From contig NC_081333.1 in the NCBI RefSeq assembly GCF_022539665.2, positions 2,604,001-2,668,000 of the forward strand: 64,000 bases of DNA. Direction: 5' to 3'. The translations under genes were made by a program, and so were the position numbers. This document shows, piece after piece, positions 1 through 12,676 of this stretch (position 1 is the stretch's first letter; each line of letters starts with the position of its first letter). The notes beneath the pieces were generated by a model. It was not told the DNA's origin. It saw only the letters and a program-made list of their open reading frames with translations, and searched no databases. The DNA comes from Daphnia carinata. Taxonomy: Eukaryota.

Positions 1-2835
1 GGGGAGGGGAGGAACATTGGTATACAAGAAACAAGTGCCAGTGATAGAGTATGGTGTAAAGCGCGCTGTATAAGTGACTCGTTATTCTCGACTGTTGTTT
101 ATACGACGACGGTAAATTGTCTTCAGTTAACGATGCCATTACGATTTATTTATTAAATCGTTAAAAGGCCGATACATCCAACAGCAATTGACGAGCTTTC
201 GAGTGGACATTTGTCTTTATTTTCGAAATCAATAGATCTCTTTCTAGTCAACTTAAGACGCCATTATGGTAGTAGACGCTTGCTCTCGTTACAATGTCCG
301 ACTCGTTGGTTCCGTAAAGCTGGGCCAGCTCTTTTCTTCGCCGTCCATTGTCCGTTTCCATAAGACTCGCGCCCTTTATTATTTATTGTTATTTTTATTT
401 GCCCTTTTCTTTTTTTTGGCGCTATTGTTAGTCGGAGAGCAGTCTTTAGATGTAAACTACCCGAAATTGCTTCAAAAGTTTAAACTCAGACAAAACGCGA
501 GTTGCAAGAAGTTGGGTGCGGATTGCTTTCAAAACGGGACAAACTAACCAAGCGGGAAATTCAACCAAACAGCTAGATAATAATGTAAGAAAATCAGACA
601 GACAAATGATAAAGAGATGGATCGAGTTATTGATTCAAGAGGGGTATACAGTAAATCCACCATGGCCGGGACCATCAAGATATGACTGTCTGCAAAGTAA
701 ACAAGAAAAGAGCGCAATGGCCAACAGCTTGTCAACTGATGATCGTGAATGAACGGTCTGGTGCCTTGTCCTATGTCTGTCCTTTCAATAGAGAAGATCC
801 CCGTTTTGTTGCGCTGACAGATCAAAAGGGCAAAGCAGTTTGCACCAAGTGTGTGTACATATACAAGGCTTTAAAAGACGTTCAATTCAAGCAGTCCCTT
901 TTTGTGTATGAGGCTTCCTGAGTGAAGGTGAAGAGGGACTGAAATAGAAAGCAATTTCGTACGAGTATTATTTTTTTTTTTTTTTTAAGCCTATGCTCAA
1001 ATGTTCCAAGACTTATTTATAGCGAGGCATTAGCAAACAAAACCCAATTTTTTTTTTGCGTAGTCGGGGTAAGTGTTTTGTTTCAACATGGGTCGATCTA
1101 CTGTTGGTGGCTGCGTTGGGTTTCTTGATGTGCATGGATCGATTCATTCGCCATGGTGATGCGAAGTAAACAAAAGTGCCGTGTTGGCATGCTGTTGGGA
1201 GTTTGCAAAGGACGTCCGACCCTAGGCGTGGTTCTCTCTGATCCATCCCCGTTCCATCAAAAAAATAGTTTTGGGATTCAGAGAAACGTCAGTTGGACAT
1301 AGTACTGTTTTTCGCTTGCATAATGAGAGTTTGCAAGCCCTGTAGGGACTTTGCTGAAAACAAGTGGAGGGCTATTAACTTTGCGGTTGAAAAACGGGAG
1401 GCGTTTGCTGGAGCTTTAACATAAGCAAGTTGAATCGCCATTGCAAATAATGACCATGCAGCATAATCTATATAATTACAAGAATATCACCGTCGAGTAG
1501 ATCGGATTGATACATATGGATTCGCAATATCCTTAGCGTATCTATTGGCTTCAACATCGAGATCGTTCGTTTAGCATAATTCTCCTTGGCACTTTCGGTA
1601 GACCGAAGTTTTTTCAAAACTTAAAGATCAACTGAAACCAATCCTCCCTTTAGCCACACAGTCGATAGCTCACTGTCTTGCAGTATATGTATGTACAACA
1701 GTGAAGGGTTGGAAGGTGGCAGTTTATTATGTTGCCGGTAATGACGTCGTTGATCTCAGCTCCCATAACGACGCACACGGTTGAGGGGGCGAAGGTTTGT
1801 GGAGTAGTGGGAGGGTATGGCCATACGTCTAGTCCGACTGAACAGCATGGAACATCCCCAGCTCGTACTGTTTTTATCTGGCATCTTCCGTAAAGAGAAA
1901 GAGCCCGTAGCGTGTCTATATCATGACGACGCCATCATTTTTGTTTCCTATGGAAAATGACGTTGGTCATAAACTTAAGGGTCGGGTAGTTTTGGCCGTA
2001 GGGTGGAGGGAGGCAGAGCCGTTTACGAGTAACAGTGGAGGAAAGAATACTACTATAATTTACTACGACTTCACATTCGTCGTAGTTTTCTTTCCCAATA
2101 GGATAAGGAGCGTAGGAAAAATATTCGATATAATGTTGACACTATAACGAACAGCTGATGCCCTTTTATGTGGCGCTAGCTCTACTTTATTGACGTTGTC
2201 TAATGCGAATGACTGTTAACCTAAATAGAACTTTTGACAACCGCCAGTTTGTCTAAAAAAAAAAAGGAGAAAAAACAAAATTCCCCTAATTGAATACCAG
2301 GAAAAGGGTTCTATCGTTTGGTTTGTAGAATGATGTCCTACCTCTGCAATTTATGCCGTTTTTCTTTTGATAACCCCAGGTGATATTTGATTTGAAAGGT
2401 CTCCCTACCCCCCCATTTTGGGCGGTTTCATGTCGTTGCAATGCTAGCAGCAAATAGTGAACGGAACAAAAAATTCTTAGAAAAACATGAATTTTCTTAC
2501 CATACCTCTAACCTTTTCTTTACGTAGCGTTTGTGTATACGAGAGAACTCATCAGTCTGTAGTTCAAGCTGTCTACGTCAAGTCGTTCTTTCTTGCCTTC
2601 ATAAAAAGAAAACGATGTGAAAAGTGATGACGAGAGACTGGTACAACATCGCCCCGTTTTTATTTCTATGGAACAATTCCAGTACAAGTCACACAAAAAA
2701 AAATGTCATCGTACATGTTTTTTTGTTTGTTTTTTTTGCCTTGGAGACTAAATTCCATGTATTCAATATTGTTTTCTTTGTTGATTTTTTCGTTGTGTGT
2801 ATGTGATCAACACAATAACGGGCCGTCAACAACAG

Positions 2836-5800
2836 CCAAACAGCCACCGGAAGCGACGCTAAGGGGACACGAATACTTCTTTTACGACATGGCGCAGAGC
2901 GGAGGCGAACCGATCGTCAGTAGCAGCGACGAGGTCTCTCTCTACTTCAAAACACGCCAGGCCACCGGCATGCTCTTCTACACGGGTACGTGCACATACC
3001 ATGTTCGTATACGTTTGACAAGATCGATATACACTATTTTCAACTCACGATTTCAACCATTTCAACGTCCACTATTTCTTATTTTCATTTCTTCAAGGTG
3101 ACGGCGAGGATTACCTCGCTTTGACTCTGCGTGACGGCGCCGTGACTCTCAACATCAACCTGGGTAGCGGCAAACTAGACGTGCAGATTCGTCCGCCCAG
3201 GGTCCGCTTCGACGACAACCAATGGCACCGAGTCAACATCCACCGCAAAGCGCAGGAGGTAACTGTAGTTTAGTTTCCTTGTTCTTTTTGCAAGACAAAT
3301 ACATAGGTCTAATACCGTCTCTTAAGACTGTACAAAGACGTTTGTAATCCTCTTTCTTTGAATCCCTTTGCGACGTGCAAACGATTAGAACATGTGTTTC
3401 CCAATCTTTTCGCCCTTGTGTTTTTTTCAGTTTCTTTTTATTTGGTTCATTGTTTATATCCGTTTGATCCAAGCTATTTTTTTTCCTTTTCCTGTTAATC
3501 CTGACTTTCTTCTTTCTCTTTTCATGTCGGCAGATCTCGGGACCGGAAAGCCTGTGTCACGTAAGCCTCGGCTCTTGTTGCTTTTCTTTTTGCTCGTCGG
3601 TTGAGCCTTGGAGAGGAAATGAACTTCTTTGATTTACAGAAGCTGATTAACTTTTTATTATTATATTTTTATGATCTATCTTTACTCTACTTTAGTTGGT
3701 TATGACGGTTGATGGTATCCATTCCGAGCGCTGGACAACGGCTGGCACATTTTCGATGCTATCTTCTAGTCGCCTGTTTGTAGGCGGTGCCGATCCGGCC
3801 AGTTCTTTGCCCGGTCTGCGAACGCGAAACGACTTTATCGGATGTCTGCGGAAGGTAAGTTAAATTGGAGTGCATGTTTCGCTTTTTCCCTGTTTTTCAT
3901 TGAACGAAACAGCGTTTAGGGAAAGCTTTTCAATCATATTCGCGTCCATTAACTTAACTAGATCCAATTTAATTCGGCTGTATATTTGTTACGAAACATA
4001 TTTTCTGTTTAGCTTATGTCTTTGTCAGGTGCAATGGCGTGGCCATGGTTATGCAATAGATCACAATAGGATTACATTGTCGAATGGATATCGGTACGAA
4101 GGGTACTGTATAAAAATGTACCTGCATTCGAACGTGAATAATGGTCTTGAATGTTGGCTTCGATGATCCTGTTAACGGTTGGATTTCTTTAACTCAACTG
4201 AATCGTGACGATGCCTTACAATATTTGACTGCCTGAAAATTATTACTCTTCCCTCCACGTTTTTTTTTCTTCTACTTCCTGCATTCTCACGATCAAATCC
4301 TTTTAGAGGAAACAAAAAACCGACTTAACAGACCGTAGCTTTACTCGCTTTGAAATGTAAATCGGCTTTAACGTTTTGCAAGCGATTGCATTTGTTGTTG
4401 TGCTATGATTGTCTCATTTCCGCCCATTTCATGTTAACGATTTTGCCTGATCTGCATCAGGTTGAATTCACTGCTGATTCTTTGCGGTTGGACATTTTGG
4501 AACTTGCGCGTACAGGCAACAAGTTGTTGTCCGTGGCCGGCAGACCAGATTGGATGTGCCAAGCTGTCGAAGTTGCAGACCCCATTACTTTCACGACGCC
4601 TGACACGGTCCTGGTGAGTGCCCTGAACTCTTCCTTTTTGATCAGTGGATGTATTTGGTTCTCATTTATACCACCCACGCTTGTTCTAAACTCTTGTAGA
4701 TGACCACTTTTGGAAAGTAATTGACGTGGAAACGTATCCGAGGAACACAAGGACCGGTGAACGACAAAGTAAATGTTCGTTCGCCATTTCCTGTGATCTA
4801 GTTAACCTGCGTGGGTTGTTAACTAGAACACTCGTTCACGGAAAATTCTATTAACGCGGCTGATTGATATTTCTGACCATCGACTAGAAACTCTAAATTA
4901 GCGAAAAATTCAAGTCTGACATAGTTTACTATTTTATAATTGTCCAAATCGAATGGGTTGCTGCTCGCGAGCGTGCATCAAATCGATTTATTCGCTAACA
5001 TTGTCCGTTGCAGGAACAAGTCAATGAATCAATTGGATATTTACTAACTTAGTCACGTTACAGTCAATATCACAACCTTTTGCCAACAAATAGACGGATA
5101 ACGTCATAAGCCTTAGTCACACACACACGCAAGCGTTGCGACTGTATATTTAATATCTATGGCGTCAGACGCTGCCGCCTACACATTTATTTACACATGC
5201 AGGAGCTTGCGGCTGGCAAGTCATCTCGTATATATAATGTACATAATAAAGGGCCTAAAAGACGAGAACTTTGCTGCGCTAGCGGACATCTTTCTTCGTT
5301 TGTCCACCCATAGACGTCAGAATTGTTAGTCCTTCCTGCCCGTTCTTCATCTTTTGACATGTTATTCACATTAATGTGTTGCAGGATTGCGTTACTATCT
5401 GACGCCCATTTTAGCGATGTTTCTTATCGCTGATGTAGAATAATTAGTTTTAGATTGCACGCGCCTTAAAAATTGAAACAAAAATGTGTATTTTCATGCA
5501 GATGTCCTTGTTTATTCTAAGGCTGTGGGAGGCAAAGCGTCGACGTGGGAGTTTTGTATTGGCACAGGGAACGGATCATATTATCACAGTTAATAGGGAC
5601 TTAGGGCAGGAGCTGAGTTCTCATTGTTATTCTATTCTTGACGCAACACTGTCAAGATGCGGTTATTTTTTAGCGGATTTATGGGGATTTCGTTTCGCTT
5701 TTTACAAGAGTCTTCTGCATCATTTTGAGCAGAAACTGGACGTTAATAACAAATCAACCTACGCCTTTTTAGATTGATCCCATTTGTCTTTTAAGGCTTC

Positions 5801-8800
5801 GTTTATTCATTCGCTCTTTTGACATTTTCCTCTTACCATATGCATCACTGTTTTCAACAAGGTCTTTTTTTTTTTTTAAACACCATTTTATGTCATCACA
5901 TTAAATAACGTTGCAGATGCTACCCTCCTGGGAAGCCTTGAACACGGGATCCATGTCATTCAAGATCAGGACCAATGAACCCAATGGGCTATTGCTGTAC
6001 AACAACGGAGCTCCGCACGCACAGGTTTGTCCTTTTCTTTTGTTATACCCCAGGTGGATCCATCACATCAAGAAAATCGTGTGTTTCTTTTGGCCTATTT
6101 CCAATAGGGCGATTACTTTGCTGTCGAGCTGGTCAACGGTCACGTCTACCTCCACCTCGACTTGGGATCGGGTAGCGTCAAGGTGAAAGCCACATCGAGG
6201 CGCATCGACGACGGCACTTGGCACGAGATCACCATCTCACGGAACGGCAAAAGCGGACGAGCGACGGTCGACGGGGCCAGCACCGATTTCGTCACGCCAG
6301 GTTTGATTTTATTTCTCAATTATTCGAATTGGTTTTTAATTGAAACAAAACAAAAAAATTCTGATGTTGTTTTAGGCGATTCGTATCAACTCGAATTGGA
6401 GGGTTCGCTGATGGTAGGTGGTATCGGCATGGTGGTTGACAATGCAGCAATACCATCGGCATTGTGGTCGGCTACCCTTCGTCACGGCTACGTTGGCTGC
6501 ATGCGGGATCTCGTCATTAACGGCAACGCTGTCGATTTAGCCGCGTTCGCCCGACAACAAGATTCCGGTGATTCAACCTTGATTGCCTTGTTCTTCCGCC
6601 CTATTTTTTTCTTCCATCGCGTAGCTATGCAAATCCATAGGAAATCGATGCCCTTGAGCAACCAAACGAGTGACAGCGTTAAATATCCATTTATCCCTAA
6701 ACGCATGGAATTTGTGAAGATCAAACGACTTGGAAGAACGACGTTTCGCTATTGTGGACGAAAAATCACGATGAAATATGAGAACGTGGCTTCTCGAGAA
6801 AGAGCATCATTAAAAAAAAAAAAAAGAAAAGAAAAGAAAGAATCCAGCAGCTAAATATCAACTAGACTTGAAGGGTCGAATAGCGTGATTTTCTTTTTTC
6901 CTGCCTAAAGCTCAATTAGTGAATGTTTTGTTCAATTTTTTTTTCTTTGTCGGGAGTCAGACGCGTGCCGAATCGATCCGAGTCTCGCCCTGCCTCGGAT
7001 TGGTAATCGAGAAGGCACCCTTGTTAGTTTCAGATTCCCTTCATGATTGATACGACACGACAACGCTGTCGTATTAATGGCCAAGCGATGAATCTTCTTG
7101 TTTTTCACTCGATCGATAAGCTCGGCCACGTAGTAGGTGGCGAAAGTAAGCCAGTGGGGGGGGGGGGGGGAGAAAACAAAAGAAAGCTAGAGAGGAAAAG
7201 AGTGTAAATGATATAGACGGCCTAGAATTTATAAAAGAAAATAATACAAGTTTGTTTTTTCTATTTGCATTATTTCAGGAGCCATCCGGCCGGCTTGCCA
7301 CGTCCTGCCGCCGCAGTGCGAATCGCAACCTTGCATGAACGGCGGAACATGCACCGAAGGCTGGAATCGATTCCTGTGCGACTGTTCGTCGACGAGCTTC
7401 AACGGGCCGACCTGCGGCAAAGGTGAGGGCAAACTAATAAGTCTGCAATTTATTTACCTTCATACCGTGTTTGCATAATAACTCGGAGATTATGTGAATG
7501 AAACAATTGTGAATGATCGTGCAGACGCGGCCACTTTGAGCTTCGACGGCAACCAGCACTTCCGCGTCGCTTTCGACTCTCCGTCGCGGACCGAGGCGGA
7601 AGATTGGAGGCTGCGATTCCGCACACCCAGACCTTCCGGCCTCCTCTTGACCACCATCGGCGATAGCCAATCACACGGTCGGGTGGAACTCGATCTAGAA
7701 GGTGGCCGACTCCGATTCACTCAGTTCGCCATCGATCGACCCAAGGTAACATGTTTAAAAAAGCCAAACAATCAGCTTTCTAATTTGAGTCTTATTACCT
7801 GGTAGACCTGGTTCATTGGGCAAGGACTTAACGATAATCAATGGCATCAAGTGAGTATTTCACGACGTGGAGGATCCATTCGATTGACCATCGACGATGA
7901 ACCTCCTGTCCAAGGTATGTAATGATATTATTAAGCAAAAATGTACATCAAACTGATAATAATTTGTTGATACGCTTATCTCAGGTGAATTAACTGGAAG
8001 ACAAGCTACGCTGGAAACTCGGGCTTTATTGGTTGGTAGCAATCTGAAACGCGAAGACGTTGGCAGTGCATCCACGACGTCTCTGATAGCATCGAGCGGT
8101 CAACCGAATTTCGTTGGACAAATTCAGCAATTGTATTTCAACGGTGTTTATCTGATCGATATGGCCCGCTCGGGTCAGTTGACGTCGGCCAACGTCACGG
8201 CCAAGTTCGGGACTCGCGAACAGAGCATCCACCATCCTGTCAACTTCAAATCGAAGCACACTTATGTCGGACTGCCGCAGTTGAAAGCCTACTCGTCGAC
8301 CAACATCTACTTCCAGTTCAAGACGCTCGAGCCCAAAGGGGTCATCTTGTACAACGCCGGAAAGGGCCAGGACTTTATTGGCATCGAATTGGTTAACGGC
8401 CATATTCACTACGCCGTTAACCTCGGCGATGGTCCCATCCGAATCCGGGACAATTTGCGCAACAGCCTGAATGATAATCGTTGGCATTCGGTGACTATCG
8501 GAAGACCAGGCCCTCGTCAACATACTCTCATGGTCGATGACTCTATTTCTACGGTTATTAGTCAGGGACATAATGAGAATTTGGATCTCAATGGCATTCT
8601 TTACCTTGGTACGTACAAACAGAAACACGGTTAGCATCATTTTTTAAATTCTGTTCTTCGTTTAACAGGTGGCGTACGTAAAGATATGTACAACTTCTTG
8701 CCGCGGCAGATGCAATCCCGTCATGGATTCGAAGGTTGTTTGGCTAGTTTGGATCTCAATGGCGAATCACCCGACACTACGTTGGACGCTCTCGTACCCA

Positions 8801-11257
8801 GTCCGTTGGTTGTGCCCGGCTGCGAAGGTGAAGTTTCCAATACTGTTTTTGCATAGCTAGTCTCAAAGGATTGCTTTTTTGTTATAAGTACGTATCATTT
8901 GCGTACCAAAGAAGTTCATTTAAAATGTAAAGTCCCCGTGTAAGAATAGAGAGAAAGAGCCTGTCCCTACAGTCAATTACTAGGTCGTGAAGAACAGCGA
9001 TGCAGTCCAAATAGCTGTGCCAACCGGGGCGTTTGTGTCCAGCAGTGGAACACTTTCGTGTGTTACTGCCAATTAACTTCGTACAGCGGTCCGACCTGCT
9101 CCGACGGTATTTCATTTCGCACAGCATTGGATTTTCGTTTCTCAAGAGAAGCCTTCCACTACCGGTGTCTCCCTACACTCTTCTTTAGTCATGTAGCTTT
9201 TCATTTGGTGGCGGTCATTATTCATGAGAACTGGGCTTCCTCTTTTCTTATTCGATTTGGACCGTCGCACGAATAGCAAAATTGGTAATTCTGTTTCTCG
9301 TCACGAACAGACTCTGTGGCATTTGAATTCGGGCCTAAACATGGCGTACTAATCTACAACTTCCCGGAAGATCGTCGGCCGGATTCCAAGAGCGACATTT
9401 TGGCGTTTGGCTTCATTACCGTCCAGGAAAATGCCCAGCTGATTCGTATCACTAGTGCCTCATCGAACGATTTCTTGGAACTTACACTGGTACAAAATGG
9501 TTCCCTTCGTCCTGTCCAATCGCCGATTGAACGCGACCCTCTTTTTTGAGTTGAATGTTATTATTCATGTTGGATGTGTTTTGAATATTTTTTTAGGTTG
9601 ATGGACATTTGTATTCATCGTACAATGTCGGCACAGATGATCACAGTTTAGGCGAGGTGGCTGTTAAAGTGAACGATGGAGAACATCACGTTGTACGGCT
9701 GACACGTTCCAGCGCCAATGCAACTCTTCAGGTCGACGATTACAACGTCCAGACTAAAAACCCTGGAGGTCGACAACGATTCATCTTTAATAGCCAATCC
9801 CAGATACACGTCGGCGGAAGCTGGAACGAAGTTAAGGTACGTGTCTTCGTGAAAAACGTTTTATTTTGCATTCATTTCATTTTCTTTTCAAACACTTCAT
9901 TGGTAGTCGAAAGTGGATCGTCCGTTTGTGGGCATTATTGCCGGACTTGTTTTCAACGGCATCCGTGTTCTGGATTTAGCGGCTGAACGTGATCCCAGGA
10001 TACAAATCCGAGGCGACATTGAATTACTCACATCAATTCCAGCCGACTATCGCCAACGTTTCAAAGACAACAACCAATCGATGCAAAGGGCACCCGAATC
10101 CGCTTATCCAAACGTCGTGGATGACTTGGTATTTTCCGGTGCTGGGTCCGGTTGTATATCCAGCACTGTTGATGATGAATGCATCCCATCTTACAACACA
10201 GGCAGGGGAGGTGAGAATCTAATCAACAGAAAAATATCTTTCAATATTCATTTTCAAACGATTTTTTTTTCCTTAGATGATTTGATTACGCCAGTCTTCA
10301 GCCGACCTACACGCCCCCCCAAGCCAAAGCCAACGATCGTTGTGGCAGTTGATCGACCCTGTGATGACGAAGACAATTGTTACGAAGGCTCCGGTTCCGA
10401 TCCTTTGGTAACAGACGAACCCGTTCATCAATTGGAAAATGAAATTTCGACTGAATCGACGTCAACGACGACGTTATCGACGATCGTCTGGCAGACAGAC
10501 AGACCGAGCTCGTCGACGACTGTAATGAGTTCGAACCCTGCGACAACAATAACAGTCAATACGACTCCGTCTTGGGTGGTAACTACAAGACCGACGATGA
10601 GGACAACATCGACGACAACGACGAGTCGCTATCCAGCAAAGATGTATCCAACTCCAGCGTATCCTGCGTTTCCTTCGCCGGCGACTCCTCGCAACCGAGT
10701 GCGCACGACGATCGACAACTTCGATCTCATTTGGCAGAAAGCCAACAGAGAAGAAATGGAGAAGAAACGCGATCTCGACGGTATTACTTGCGTGCAATTG
10801 ATGACAATCGTCGGAGATCCTCATCGTTTTGTTGTTGTCCCATTTTCATTTATTTACGTTAGAAAAAAGCAAGCGGATACGAGATCGGATCAGTTCGGAA
10901 ACGGCCGAGAACACGGCGCTGATTATCGGCATCGTAGCCGGCGCTTTGATTGCCGTCATCCTCGTCGTTTTGCTCGTCTTGAAATTAAAGAACCGCGGCA
11001 ACACCGCATACAAGATCGATGAGCGCAAAAACTTTAGCAAAACGCCGAGTCACAGCAATTCAAATGCCGCTCTACTTAACACGGGCGCCGCAGGAGCTGG
11101 AGGTGTTCACGGTGGTGGGCTAGCCACCGGTACTGGCATGGCTGGAGGACAGATGAAGGTCGGTTCTTTAAATCTTAATCCGGCCCTGGTGAACTTGGAG
11201 AAGAAATCACCACCATCCAAAAAATGTGGCAAAGATATCAAAGAGTGGTACGTCTAG
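2836..11257 (+). CDS. Nrx-1: alpha-neurexin (neurexin-1-like), 5'-truncated; LNS2 through C-terminus. Exons approx. 2836-2985, 3098-3258, 3534-3560, 3696-3854, 4461-4613, 5917-6024, 6108-6300, 6376-6567, 7279-7422, 7525-7745, 7806-7914, 7985-8608, 8669-8827, 8984-9106, 9311-9489, 9597-9836, 9907-10210, 10277-10780, 10863-11257
   Basis: Spliced at GT-AG sites in frame. Laminin-G/LNS motifs ([47 protein letters not shown]), EGF repeats ([35 protein letters not shown]), Thr-rich stalk, TM helix ([22 protein letters not shown]) and neurexin PDZ-binding end KEWYV*. Signal peptide, LNS1 and EGF1 were not found in the window. Confidence 0.95.
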
Positions 11258-12676
11258 GAAGATGAATCATTTTTCTAATCGATCAACTACTTTTTTGATA
11301 CTTAATGAAAGGGAAGGGTTTTAAGAGTCGAGACAAGAGTCGTGTAAAGGCCTGTATAAACGGATGAGCGTGTGTGACGTGTTTTGATTTGGATATCATT
11401 TGACATGTCCCGCTGTGCGCGGACGTGAGTCATGGTCGTCGGCCGTTGACGTGAATTTTTCCGCGCGATCGTTTATCATAAGAAATTGAAAAACTATTTT
11501 CTTTTTTTTATGCTGATAAACTCGTGTGCTTCAGTTTGAATTCCAATCCTCTGGCCACCGAACTGTTTCATGTCTGCGCTGTTTTGCCCTCTCCTAATCC
11601 ATCCTTAATTGATCAGTTTGATAGGATTTTACCTTCCCTTTTCTTTTATTCCGGGACTGAATATTCCCCCGATCGGTTGGTAGGACGCGTGAAAACTACG
11701 AACATCCCTTAATTGGTTAAACAAAAAATAGCGTTGGTGCGAAAGTGTATGTATGGCTATATTTAAGAAAAATTATGTTTCTATTTGTATAATAGGCAAA
11801 ACAGAAAAACAAAAACAGATGCATTGCGTGCAATAATGTGCGGTAGCCCAGTAACAGTTTGGGCTAAAAAGAAATGCTTTTAACCAAATGATGAAGTGCA
11901 TTCGTAATACTGTTAAATTCTATTTGGATCCTTGCGCGTTTCATTATTTTTTCGTTTTTGTCAAAGACGCTGCCCTCCGACGAACTGGCTTTGAGAACTT
12001 AGAATGCACAGTTCTAAAGACGATGGCCTCACCTATAAACTAATCTTTTTTCTCTCTTCTCTGCCCCTCGATTTCGGTGTGATATAAACAAATTTGCGAA
12101 GGTTAATGCTGTAACTGTCCCATGTATTTTTAATCAGCCGATTGCCGTTCGTGTATCGTTAATCAATCGTCAATTGAATCATTACTTTTTTCATATTGTA
12201 ATGAAAGTAATCGCCTACCTTTTTTCGGTTAACTATTTCGTTTTCCTCATCTGTTTTGTGTTGTTGTTATTTAACTAAGCTATGACCCAAACCATCTTAA
12301 TACTCATGATTTCAAGAATTCCTGTTCTGTATCCATTCGTCATTCCATTCGTTATATACACTTCTTCAACGTAATTACTGTCCGATAGTGTCTAAGTTAG
12401 AAGAACTGTCAACCATATGTCAGATGTATCTAAACTAACATCTCGTAATTTTGAGCTAATCGTGGCAAGAGTAGGAAATGGAACGAGGACAAACGGACCA
12501 ACATTATCGGATTGCTATCTGGCGTGGTGATAGGTAAAGTTAATCGTCGTTATTTAATTCCATTTGTTTATTTTTAACAGGTTTGTTTGCGTTGTGACTA
12601 AGAAAGAAACGGCTCCAACTTTGATTAAACGTGTTTGCCTGACTCATCGGTGAGTCATCGGCCGTTTACGGTTTCT

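Noticed and set aside
266..921. Overlapping short ORFs upstream of the neurexin exons
   Set aside because: No LNS/EGF motifs and no recognisable domain; most likely neurexin intron sequence.
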